NCBI GenBank assembly: GCA_050014195.1
Contig: JBEKDT010000008.1
Span: 149,407 to 213,406, forward strand
Direction: 5' to 3'
Source of the DNA: Desulfomonilia bacterium
GTDB taxonomy: Bacteria; Desulfobacterota; Desulfomonilia; UBA1062
DNA: 64,000 nucleotides
Shown one piece after another: positions 32,011 through 41,426 of the stretch (positions are counted from its first letter, which is position 1; every line of letters begins with the position of its first letter). The translations under genes and the position numbers were made by a program. Under the pieces are notes generated by a model. That model had not been told where the DNA came from. It was given only the letters and a program-made list of their open reading frames with translations, and ran no database searches.

Positions 32011-32372
32011 GAGCCTAAAACTGGAATGAATAATTGCTTGATTTAGGTTTCAAGGTCAAAATTACCTATACTTATAAATATCTATTGGTATTATTGTCCG
32101 TAGATCTAAAAGCGTGGGAGGTATGAAGATATCCATGTCCCTATGAATTACCTTGCAAATTAGTCATGCCATGACCAATTTGCAAAGTAAAATATCAGGC
32201 TCCGTTCATTGAGAATAGAGGCCTGGAGAAAGGAGTGTGACTATTCCGTGCCCACCGCGTCTAAAAACGTTCCAAGTCTACCCAATTCCTACCAACCAGC
32301 CAAATCTGCTAACCGGTTGAAATCCTTTGCTGGTGTGCCTTTGCAGTCTTGTAAAATCAATGACTTATAGCC

Positions 32373-32425
32373 CTTAGGATCCAGTGGGTAAAACCGTGGG
32401 GGTTCGAGTCCCTTCTCTCGCACCA
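32373..32425 (+). repeat. att site: tRNA-Leu 3' half copy (island 1/2 junction)
   Basis: 53/53 identical to 3859-3911. Confidence 0.95.
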
Positions 32426-32449
32426 ATTTGATAATCAACAGGTTTTCTA

Positions 32450-32720
32450 GAATATTTTGAAGCGGCTTTCTTTGAAAAATCTGCGATTGTAACTGTTTTT
32501 GTAACCATTTGGCTTTGAAGGTAAGCTTCCTGCCTTGCTGCAGCCTGCTTTAAATCATGGGCATTCACTATGTTGTAACGGTCAAAGATGGTCCGTGTGC
32601 TTGTGTCCTGAGATCATCATTGCTACCCTCTCGGGGATGCCTGATCTGACCATATTACCGACCGGTGTGCGCCTGAAGTCGTGAAAGAGCCGCTTCCCGA
32701 TCTGCGCATCTTCACATGCT
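32450..32720 (-). pseudogene. Tyrosine integrase C-terminal remnant, frameshifted
   Basis: [10 protein letters not shown]…[19 protein letters not shown] then a frameshift to [16 protein letters not shown]; homologous to int at 3942; N-terminus absent. Confidence 0.88.
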
Positions 32721-32886
32721 TTGGCCCAGGCACAGTCCGGGTCATAACTCCGGACCTAGGCCATGTTGTGCTTACATGGGCCTTGAAAGGCTTATTGGAT
32801 CAAGGTGTTACAGGGACACATCAGATGTTGAATCCACTGTTCTTATAGTAATTCAAACTTCCTCTGGTTCATCGATGAGTAAAGAA

Positions 32887-33285
32887 TTATGGCAATGATA
32901 GAGAGTAAGTGCGTCCCTTCTTTGTCCTTATGACCGCTCCGTGCTCAGCCGCGAAGTACATAGCATAAGCGATATCCTCTTTGTTAAAGCCGTCAAGGAC
33001 ACTGTACAGATCAGTCTGCAAGATGTCAGGATGATCCTTAATCTTCTCTGTGACGGCTTCGCGTATCCGCAGATAAATAGGATCCGTTCTGACAAATTCA
33101 CTATACTCCTTACGGGCCTCCTCGAGATCGTGCTGCAGCTGGCCATTGGTATTGATATTCTGCTGTCTGACTGACTCAACCCATTTAAAATAAGCTGAAC
33201 GGGCACCGGTATGGTTCCCTTCGGCCACACACCTGCGGGCTGCTTCCTTGTGAAACTGGATCTCTCTTGATCTATCAGGAAACAT
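32887..33285 (-). CDS. Hypothetical protein, possible C-terminal winged helix
   Basis: 132 aa, RBS GAGG; ILQTDLY…GAVIRTKKGRTYSL. Confidence 0.7.
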   Translation of the reverse strand: MFPDRSREIQFHKEAARRCVAEGNHTGARSAYFKWVESVRQQNINTNGQLQHDLEEARKEYSEFVRTDPIYLRIREAVTEKIKDHPDILQTDLYSVLDGFNKEDIAYAMYFAAEHGAVIRTKKGRTYSLSLP

Positions 33286-33417
33286 CGATGAACCTCTTTA
33301 AGCAATAATAATCAGGAATATAGAAGTATCAAGTTTTTTAATTGTCCCGGATGAAGTTATACTTTTCTGAAATCTTAATCGTTGTGGTATAATAATTAAT
33401 GGGGTTAGTAGAATGCG

Positions 33418-34809
33418 ATGAGTAAAAGCGCGCTTGAATTACTCAAAACAATCGGTCTACTCGACAAAGATAATAAACCAATTAACCTGAAGAAACACGA
33501 TGACAACTGGATCCAGTCTTGCCTGGATCATTACTATCATACAAGGATACAGAATATTGATGGTGAGTTAAAGGATATTCCTTCATCAGGTAAATCGTTC
33601 CAAGCTCTCATCAGCAGTGTTTCTGCAACCAATAAAGTCATGCCTCTATTACCCTCATTCCTTCTATATGATCATTTGATAACCGATGATCCTGTATTCC
33701 AAGAAGCAACCCCTGATCACCATCAGAGTAGAATACAAAAGCAAGCTTTGGGTGTGAAAGAAAAGCAGAGCATAAATAGGGATTCCCTGAAAAACAAGCT
33801 GAAATATTTCAGTGAATTATCCCTCCTTATAGAAGCAGGATTATTACATGTAATTCCTTTAAGCCTTTTACACTTGCCTCCAGATAAACTACCAATTTTC
33901 TTTTCAGAAGACAGATTCAGATCAGAAATTCCGGAGGGTATTCATAACTTTGTCCACTCAAAGGCAAAGATACAGGAAGTTTTGCTGGAAAAAGAATCTG
34001 GATCCCTTTTAATTTTAGATAAACCAAGGCCTGAGATAAGTCGTGCTATTTATATCTCATTCGAAGGAGACGGACCAAATCAGCACGGTATGATATACTT
34101 TTTAGACCCCTTCGATGTGTTGGAAACAGATCGGGAAACTAGTACAATGCATGTCGCAATTAAAAGTGATCTTAATTTGCCAATCTCAGAGGATCTCTAT
34201 AGGAGTTGGGTTTATCAGTCAGTTAATCAAACTATCTTAGCGAGATTGCGAAACGTAGCTTCTGAGATTTCTCTTGCTAGAACCATGGGGTACACATATC
34301 TCACTGAATCACTTTTCGAGTCAAAACTGCTCGGGGCATCCACTACCCAAACCGATGCGGGGATGATGGTCGGTGCTGTAAATTTTTTACGGGCTAGTGA
34401 AACAATGATCGCCATTGACAAGGCCAGTAGCGTTTTAAAACTCCGTGAGAGGAATAAACAAGCATTTGAACGATTCAGATCGACTATCTTGGAGTTATCT
34501 GAGCAACTAACCGGGCTTTCTGATGATGAATTTAATATCAAAGCAAGACGGTTATTTCTCACGAATATCCAGCCACAGATTGACGAGATAAAAAAAGCGG
34601 CAGCATCAATAATCACCTCAGCTACTAAGGGAGATCTTGTTTCATTAGGTGGAATTGCATTGGTTTTGACAACAGGATCGACTATCCCTTTCATCAGTGC
34701 TGCATTATTCACAACAAGTGGAGTTTTTGCTGAAGCACTTCCTTCTATTTCGGAATATCTGCAGAAGAGAAGGGGCCCAGAATACATTTGGTCAGAGTTA
34801 GTGAAATAA
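33418..34809 (+). CDS. Hypothetical protein with C-terminal hydrophobic helices
   Basis: 463 aa AT-rich ORF; LLYDHLITDDP, VLKLRE…FERFR; hydrophobic tail. Confidence 0.75.
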   Translation: MSKSALELLKTIGLLDKDNKPINLKKHDDNWIQSCLDHYYHTRIQNIDGELKDIPSSGKSFQALISSVSATNKVMPLLPSFLLYDHLITDDPVFQEATPDHHQSRIQKQALGVKEKQSINRDSLKNKLKYFSELSLLIEAGLLHVIPLSLLHLPPDKLPIFFSEDRFRSEIPEGIHNFVHSKAKIQEVLLEKESGSLLILDKPRPEISRAIYISFEGDGPNQHGMIYFLDPFDVLETDRETSTMHVAIKSDLNLPISEDLYRSWVYQSVNQTILARLRNVASEISLARTMGYTYLTESLFESKLLGASTTQTDAGMMVGAVNFLRASETMIAIDKASSVLKLRERNKQAFERFRSTILELSEQLTGLSDDEFNIKARRLFLTNIQPQIDEIKKAAASIITSATKGDLVSLGGIALVLTTGSTIPFISAALFTTSGVFAEALPSISEYLQKRRGPEYIWSELVK

Positions 34810-34893
34810 TCCAACCAGGTTAGGTGGCTTAGCTCTTTGGTTAGGAACAAAAAATAAAAAGACTGATTTGCCCAGCCAGCAATGGGAGACTAA

Positions 34894-36534
34894 ATGATTT
34901 TATATGATTGGGATGTCTGGCATGTCTATTCTAGCTTTTTCGATACAGAAAAAGTAGATCTTGAAGCAGCTGCTTCAGTCCTTGTTAAGTCAGGTATCGC
35001 AGTATGTGCACTACATAGAGATGGTCGTACATGGTGGCAAACCGATACTGGAGTTCGTTCTGGATTAACGACCATTAAATTGGGCCCCGATCGGTCGGTG
35101 GCAGATATTAAGATAGAGGTTGATGGAGGAGGTGAGAGCGGCCTTGATGGTTATGTTGCCGAAGCCTGGTATCAGGCAAGCTACTTCCGTTTCAATGAAC
35201 TAAGAGTATTTGCAGACGATTTTCGTGTTCCTCCTCCATACGTGAGAGCAGTGTTGGGGGAGTTTCACCTGACTTCCAGTGAAACGGGTTTAAACGCCGT
35301 GATATATCCAGTTATTAAACTATTTGAGAGTAGTGTTGTTATTGTGGAGTTTAGGACCATCGCACCGAATCGTGAAATTCCCCTTAATGAATTCATCGAC
35401 CGATTTGTAAATCTTGCCTTTGTGCCATTTGATGAGGTGGAGGTGCCCCCACCAATCAGCGACCTTGCTACTAAAGCGTTCTACCATAGCGTCATATCCT
35501 GGCCACTCCGCCTTCGAACTAAACTGAGCCGGGTAGAGCGATCTCACGAGAAAGCTGTGAAGGAAAAATCTCGTGAGGTCCCAAGTGGTGACTTCGTTGC
35601 AAGACTAGCTCCTCTCACTCGGGCTGAGAAACAGATCGATACTCTCGCTTCACTGGCCGAAACCCTATTCTCGGTAATAGGCTTTGTCCTTAGCAATCCT
35701 CGACGGGGATTTGCATTTGTGCTTCTAGGACAGCGAAGATTGACTCTACGAGGAAATTGGTGGAATGGCCGGCCTCATGTGCACTTAATCGACTTTGAAG
35801 GTCAATGTTCATCGGCCAAAGAGAACATACAAATGTTTGGGGCAGAATTTGGATGGATACTCGGAAGAGTCGCTGGTGGTAAAAGTAAGACTGGCCTGCG
35901 TTATCTATCGAAGGACCTGAGGCATTTTGATGATTATTCAGTATTTATAACGGAATCGGCTTCGCTTTGGGTGTGGTCGAAAAAAGGGATAGACCGGCAA
36001 AGTGCATATGCAGATCCAAATCACGGGCACTTGATCTATGAACACCAGGCTATCATCGAATTGCTTGAATACGGTTACATCCTTCATCGGGCCCTGCTTG
36101 CGAAGACTAACATGACTCAAAACGCTAATGAAGTTCTTTCGGCTCGCTGGGCCATCAACCAGCTTAACTCCGATATGAATGATGTAAGTCACTTCGGGGA
36201 GCTTCGTGATCTTCTCCATCATGGATGGAAAGCAATGAGAATTGAAAATCTTCAAGCTAGAATCTCCGAGAGCCTGTCTATTAGGCAAGCAGAATCCTCC
36301 TTACGGGAGACAAGGGACAACGAACGTATGCGACGTTGGCTCACTGTTCTTTTTGGAGTGATTGCTACGCCAACCTTGGCTTCCAAAGTGCTCGATCCTA
36401 TCTGGAAGTTACTTAATTGGTGGAGGCCGGCAGATCAGGGAGGTGGGGATCTTTTCTTTTTGTCGATTACTTTTTGTTCCATATTTTTTATCATTATCAG
36501 CCTTTCGTGGATAAGTAAAAAATTGGAACGGTGA
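34894..36534 (+). CDS. Hypothetical protein with C-terminal coiled coil + 2TM (CorA-like tail)
   Basis: 546 aa; …NERMRRWLTVLFGVIATPTL…LFFLSITFCSIFFIIISL. Confidence 0.75.
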   Translation: MILYDWDVWHVYSSFFDTEKVDLEAAASVLVKSGIAVCALHRDGRTWWQTDTGVRSGLTTIKLGPDRSVADIKIEVDGGGESGLDGYVAEAWYQASYFRFNELRVFADDFRVPPPYVRAVLGEFHLTSSETGLNAVIYPVIKLFESSVVIVEFRTIAPNREIPLNEFIDRFVNLAFVPFDEVEVPPPISDLATKAFYHSVISWPLRLRTKLSRVERSHEKAVKEKSREVPSGDFVARLAPLTRAEKQIDTLASLAETLFSVIGFVLSNPRRGFAFVLLGQRRLTLRGNWWNGRPHVHLIDFEGQCSSAKENIQMFGAEFGWILGRVAGGKSKTGLRYLSKDLRHFDDYSVFITESASLWVWSKKGIDRQSAYADPNHGHLIYEHQAIIELLEYGYILHRALLAKTNMTQNANEVLSARWAINQLNSDMNDVSHFGELRDLLHHGWKAMRIENLQARISESLSIRQAESSLRETRDNERMRRWLTVLFGVIATPTLASKVLDPIWKLLNWWRPADQGGGDLFFLSITFCSIFFIIISLSWISKKLER

Positions 36535-36787
36535 ACTTCGGTCTGTCGATGTGTCTGTCTAACCAAAATTTTAACTCAGAACTTTCAAATGACCGTTTTA
36601 ATTGTGCACTTCCTGTGCACCAGACAAACAACACGGATGTAACCAAGACTGTAACCGTCAACCTCAAAAACTATCAAAAAAGACCTAAAATAATCAAACA
36701 TACTAAATCTGAATAGAACCTCATGAAATCAGGTAATAACATGATAGAGAGCGGGTTTGCGGCCCGCCCCTATTAAGGTTTATTTGT

Positions 36788-36841
36788 ACTTAGAATCCAG
36801 TGGAGTGATCCGTGGGGGTTCGAGTCCCTTCTCTCGCACCA
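36788..36841 (+). repeat. att site: variant tRNA-Leu 3' half
   Basis: acttagaatccagtggagtgatccgtgggggttcgagtcccttctctcgcacca; T arm and acceptor strand identical, variable arm differs. Confidence 0.9.
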
Positions 36842-36940
36842 TTTTGATAATCAAACGGTTTTCTCGAGCCCGCCTACTTGGGCTTTCTTTAAAAAATCCG
36901 TGACTGTAGCTGTTTTTTATTACCCTTCGAAGCTATGGGT

Positions 36941-38821
36941 TTATCCCCATTTTTCCCCAGCCTGTCTCTCCTGTGCTGTCAGCTCGGGATTGACGGGCAA
37001 CACACAGGCCTCGCCTTCGATCGGGGCAATGACCCTATCGCCCCAGATATCCTGGATACGCTCCTTTATCTTCAGAAGTTCGTTCCATCGCTTGAAGGTT
37101 CCGGCCATGACGATGATCATCATCGCCATGACAAGAATGGAAAGGATCGCCAGCAGATACAGCTTCTTTGGCAAATACACGGTTGTGATGTTCAGATAGC
37201 CCGCATACATCGTGATGAAGGCCAGAAAAATGCCGGGAGCCGCAGTCACCCAGGCGTATTTGGCCTTTCCCATACGGATCAGCATCGACGTGACGATGAT
37301 CAGGGCGCTTGATGCCAGCAGTTGGTTGCTCATGCCGAAGAGGGGCCAAATGGTCGAGATATTCCCCGTATACACCAGATAGCCCCAGGCAAAACTGAAC
37401 AGACCGCCGGTGATGATGATGCCCGGCACCCATTTCGTCTGGCTGAACTTGGGAATCACCTTGCCGAACATATCCTGCAGCAGGAATCTGCCCACCCGCG
37501 TGCCCGCATCGACGGCCGTGAGAATAAAGACCGCTTCGAACATAATCGCGAAGTGATACCAGTACTTCATCAAATTTTTCATGAAGGGAATCGAGTCAAA
37601 AATATAGGCCATACCCACGGCCAGCGAGACGGCGCCGCCCGGTCTGCCCTGTATCTTTTCATGAACCTCTGCGGCCAATCGGTTGAGTTCGACAGTCGGC
37701 ATGCCGAGTTTGGCAAAGGCGGCGGGTGCGGAATTAATGGCGAAATAGTCGGACGGGATAAGAACACAGGCGGCAATCAGGGCCATAATGGCAACAAAGC
37801 CCTCCGTCAGCATGGCGCCGTAGCCCACGAACAGGATGTCCCGCTCGTTACTGATCATTTTCGGCGTGGTCCCCGTGGCAATGATGGCATGGAATCCGGA
37901 CAGCGCGCCGCAGGCAATGGTGATGAAGACGAAGGGGAACGCGCTGCCGGGGATGATCGGTCCGCCGCCGCCTACAAATTGCGTCAACGACGGCATTTTA
38001 AGCTCGGGGTGAACAAATACGATGCCGACGGCTAGCGTGGTGATGGTCGCAATCTTCAGGTACGTCGAAAGATAGTCCCTCGGGGCAAGGAGGAACCAAA
38101 CCGGCAGAACGGAAGCAATCATGGCATATAGGGGAATGGCTATAGCGAGCTGCTGCTTGCTGAGTTTCAGCGCATGGGCAAGCGCCGAATTGGGTTCTAT
38201 GGCCCCACCGGCATAGATAGCGACAGCCAGCAGCAAAACGCCGATAATACTGGCCGACTTCACATCGCCGGGTCTGATTTTGTACATCCATATGCCCATG
38301 AATATCGCGATGGGGATGGTATCGACAACGACGAAGAGTCCCCAGAAGCTCTCAAAGAGCGCATTCAAAACGGCGATCGAAAGACCGGCCAGGGTGAGGA
38401 TGAGAATAAACAGAAAGGCAAATGATGCGACAATGCCGACGGTCTTGCCCACCTCGCTCTCGGCGATCCGGGCAAGGCTCTGTCCCTTATGGCGCGTCGA
38501 GGCGAAAAGCACGACCATGTCGTGGACGCCACCGCCCAGGACACAACCAATAATGATCCAGAGGGCGCCGGGAAGGAAGCCGAACTGCGCAGCCAGCACG
38601 GGACCGAGCAGCGGCCCTGCGGCGGCGATTGCGGCAAAGTGATGTCCGTACAGAACATACTTGTTGGTTTTCACATAGTCGATGCCATCCGCACAGGTAT
38701 CCGCCGGGGTGGGACGATCCGCTCGCAGGCCCAGCACCTTGTCCGCGATGAACAGCCCATAGAAGCGGTAGGCGATGGCAAATACACACAATGAAACAAA
38801 CACCAGGGTAAGAGCATTCAT
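36941..38821 (-). CDS. cstA: Carbon starvation protein A family transporter
   Basis: GHHFAAIAAAGPLLGP, LAPRDYLS, ITIACGALSGFH, IWPLFG. Confidence 0.94.
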   Translation of the reverse strand: MNALTLVFVSLCVFAIAYRFYGLFIADKVLGLRADRPTPADTCADGIDYVKTNKYVLYGHHFAAIAAAGPLLGPVLAAQFGFLPGALWIIIGCVLGGGVHDMVVLFASTRHKGQSLARIAESEVGKTVGIVASFAFLFILILTLAGLSIAVLNALFESFWGLFVVVDTIPIAIFMGIWMYKIRPGDVKSASIIGVLLLAVAIYAGGAIEPNSALAHALKLSKQQLAIAIPLYAMIASVLPVWFLLAPRDYLSTYLKIATITTLAVGIVFVHPELKMPSLTQFVGGGGPIIPGSAFPFVFITIACGALSGFHAIIATGTTPKMISNERDILFVGYGAMLTEGFVAIMALIAACVLIPSDYFAINSAPAAFAKLGMPTVELNRLAAEVHEKIQGRPGGAVSLAVGMAYIFDSIPFMKNLMKYWYHFAIMFEAVFILTAVDAGTRVGRFLLQDMFGKVIPKFSQTKWVPGIIITGGLFSFAWGYLVYTGNISTIWPLFGMSNQLLASSALIIVTSMLIRMGKAKYAWVTAAPGIFLAFITMYAGYLNITTVYLPKKLYLLAILSILVMAMMIIVMAGTFKRWNELLKIKERIQDIWGDRVIAPIEGEACVLPVNPELTAQERQAGEKWG

Positions 38822-39309
38822 TTTCCAGAACCCCCCTTCCTTACATCAATCACATCCATGGTTGCAACATGCCTGAGATATCTGTCCGTGGTCTGCAGGG
38901 ACGTATGCCCGAGGGTCTTCTGTATAATAGGCATGGGGGCCCCCTCCTTGGCAAGCTCCCAGGCGCACGTATGCCATAGACCATGGAAATGAACCCGTTT
39001 TTGGATCTCTGAACGATCCTTGAGCCTCTTCATCAAGGATCTCACATACGCATCGCTCATGGGTTTACCATCCAAGGTGCAGAAGAGCGGGACCCTGCTG
39101 TCCAGTTTCAGTTTCTTTCTCTTGTCGAGCCACCTGTCCAGGGCAACACAGGCATCCATGGGAAGACCCACGGTGCGGGCTTTGTCTCCCTTGCCGTGCA
39201 AGATCCGGACAATGCCTTTGTCCGTTTTCACGTCCTTGGGGTAAAGAACAAGTGCCTTCGAGAGTCTGAGCCCCGCCCTATATCCGACATACAGTAACGC
39301 CCTATTCCT
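38818..39309 (-). pseudogene. Truncated tyrosine recombinase (catalytic domain only)
   Basis: RNRALLYVGYRAGLRLSKAL…GKGDKAR…HFHGLWHT (R to W)…LGHTSLQTTDRY; no N-terminal domain. Confidence 0.8.
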
Positions 39310-39400
39310 TAACGTATCAATGGTATCTTAACACAAATTTAACCAAATTCTGCACACAACCTTAACTTATCAATTGTATCTGCACACAAACTTCACCAAA
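39307..39400 (+). promoter_or_regulatory. Duplicated 41-bp unit with 11-bp-spaced TTAAC/TGCAC/TTCAC (Pho/OmpR-box-like)
   Basis: 39307-39347 vs 39360-39400, 6 mismatches; directly upstream of porin RBS. Confidence 0.55.
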
Positions 39401-39417
39401 GTCCAAGGGAGGCATTA

Positions 39418-40653
39418 ATGAAAAAACTATTAGCTTGTTTGTTAACCGTATGTATAGTCTTTGTCTTGTCGGTTCCTGTCATGGCGGAAGAGAACACATT
39501 AGAAAATCGTGTTCAGATCCTTGAGAACTTATTCGGAGGCTTGTCATTATACGGTAGCGCCCGTTATGACACATTCTATTTGAAATCTAACAGCAAGTTC
39601 ACCACTGCCGGTGATACTGATTCAGTAACACAGTTGGTCTCCAAGACCCCGATTCTTACCGGACCGGATCAGAAAGAACTACAATATGGCCTGGCTGGCA
39701 ACTCCCGCATCGGCATTGTAATGAATCGAGGAGAGGGTCTGGGAGGAAATGTCGAGCTTGCATTTAAAAATGATGGAAGTGTAACCCTAAGGAAGGGGTA
39801 TGGTACGTACACCTTCGATGGAGTCACACTGCTCATCGGGCAGGACTACACCCCCCTTTCCGACTTTGCCTACAGCCCCAAATCCACCTGGAACTACAGC
39901 AATCAGGTCTTCAATGGCGATAATGACATGGCCGGCTGGGGTATCATTGATGATCAGGATAAACGTGTTCCACAGATCAAGGTCAAATGGAACGGGCTCC
40001 AAGTGGCGCTTGTGGAGGACAGGTATGCGTCCTTTCCTGCCGGACTCAAGACTACTCCGACAGATGCCACGACTCAAGACGTTCTGCCTAAGCTCGAGGC
40101 AAGATACCGCTTGACCACGGACATGTGCTTCGGGGATATCTTCGGAGGCGTTAATTCTTATAAGGTAAAATCAGAGACCGATGATATCGACAAGACCCTG
40201 ACGAGCTATGCACTCGGTGTTGGCGGCGGCATCAATCTTGACCCTGCTTATGTAAGAGGAATGGTATGGACGGCGCGGAACGGCAAGCAGATGGGCCTGC
40301 ATCAGGCAGATGCGGCAGGAGTAACATTCAACTCTATCCCTTCTACTAACAACCCGACCATCGCGGACGATGATTTGGGATGGGCCATAATTGCCGGCGT
40401 GAACATTCAGAAGGTGACTGTTGAGGCTGGTTACGGGTTTGTCTCTTCCAAAATGGATGAAAGCGGAGCAAAGAAAAATGAGGCTCAGAACTATTATCTG
40501 AATGCCACCATCCCGGTCATACAGAATGCGGCAAAGACGGCGTCATTCATGATTGTCCCCGAGGTCGGCGTATACGATTACATGAAAAATGCAAGCGGTA
40601 CTGATCAGGGTAAGGCACTCTATGCCGGTGCAAAATGGCAGGTGGATTTCTAA
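39418..40653 (+). CDS. Outer-membrane porin-like beta-barrel
   Basis: Signal peptide, LYGSARY, alternating strands, terminal QVDF. Confidence 0.8.
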   Translation: MKKLLACLLTVCIVFVLSVPVMAEENTLENRVQILENLFGGLSLYGSARYDTFYLKSNSKFTTAGDTDSVTQLVSKTPILTGPDQKELQYGLAGNSRIGIVMNRGEGLGGNVELAFKNDGSVTLRKGYGTYTFDGVTLLIGQDYTPLSDFAYSPKSTWNYSNQVFNGDNDMAGWGIIDDQDKRVPQIKVKWNGLQVALVEDRYASFPAGLKTTPTDATTQDVLPKLEARYRLTTDMCFGDIFGGVNSYKVKSETDDIDKTLTSYALGVGGGINLDPAYVRGMVWTARNGKQMGLHQADAAGVTFNSIPSTNNPTIADDDLGWAIIAGVNIQKVTVEAGYGFVSSKMDESGAKKNEAQNYYLNATIPVIQNAAKTASFMIVPEVGVYDYMKNASGTDQGKALYAGAKWQVDF

Positions 40654-40713
40654 TAGGCCAGCCGTTGAGCTGCGAAAGATATTTTGTTCAGGCGTACTAA
40701 TACTAAAACATTA

Positions 40714-40749
40714 AAAGGCACGGGATTTTTTTTAGATCTCCGTGCCTTT
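40714..40749. terminator. Probable bidirectional terminator
   Basis: aaaggcacgg…ccgtgccttt between convergent genes. Confidence 0.6.
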
Positions 40750-40799
40750 CAATTCTTCTTGAATCTGTATTGAAATAAAATGGTGACTCTCCTTTTGGA

Positions 40800-41126
40800 T
40801 TAAAGAGCTACATAGGGGTCGAAGTCGGATGATCCATCCAATTTCAGGTGTGAGCTCAGATCATCCAATAAGGTACGAGTAATCCCATTAACGTTCTTCA
40901 GCTCGTCGATTCCACTGAAGGGCCCATTTGAATCCCTATAGCTAACGATGTTCTCGGCAGTCTGTCTGTCAACGAACGGCAACATGCTCAGCTCCTGGGC
41001 TGTCGCAGTGTTGATATTTAATGCACCGCTCGTGATATCTCTGATACCGTTATCGCTCGCATATGCACTGAACCCTAAACCTAAAAGAATAACCGCCACT
41101 GCCGAAATATATTTTATGTTCTTCAT
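40800..41126 (-). CDS. ComEA-like helix-hairpin-helix protein
   Basis: Signal peptide; LNINTATAQELSMLP…IVSYRDSNGPF…ELKNVNGI. Confidence 0.85.
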   Translation of the reverse strand: MKNIKYISAVAVILLGLGFSAYASDNGIRDITSGALNINTATAQELSMLPFVDRQTAENIVSYRDSNGPFSGIDELKNVNGITRTLLDDLSSHLKLDGSSDFDPYVAL

Positions 41127-41426
41127 GGCCTTCTCTCCTTTCTTAGCTTTATCAGCTGCCGTGCTAGTAGGGGATGCCAGACCCGTAGTCAAGGCCTTCA
41201 ATTATTTGGCCGGTACTTCTTTATTTTTATTATAGATTGTATGCATTGCCTCCCTCTTCTGCATGGGTGTCAAGTTACGCCCGACATTACATGAACTGGC
41301 ATTGAGTAACGGGAAGAATCCTGCATCATACCTCGTGGAAAAGGCCGCATCACATAGGCTCATCCTGCTTGGTACCATGCATGATAACAAACAGATCCAT
41401 GACCTGATCTTCGAAATCCTGCCTTT

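Larger units (their letters stand above)
32426..36841. mobile_element. Island 2: decayed tandem island
   Basis: Flanked by tRNA 3' fragments; integrase remnant at left; TGTAAC pairs (12-bp period) at both ends (32488/32500; 36638/36650). Confidence 0.8.

Noticed and set aside
32374-32568. 64-aa ORF crossing the att site
   Set aside because: Tail of the frameshifted integrase remnant, not an independent gene
34227-34850. 207-aa minus-strand ORF
   Set aside because: Antisense shadow of the 463-aa gene
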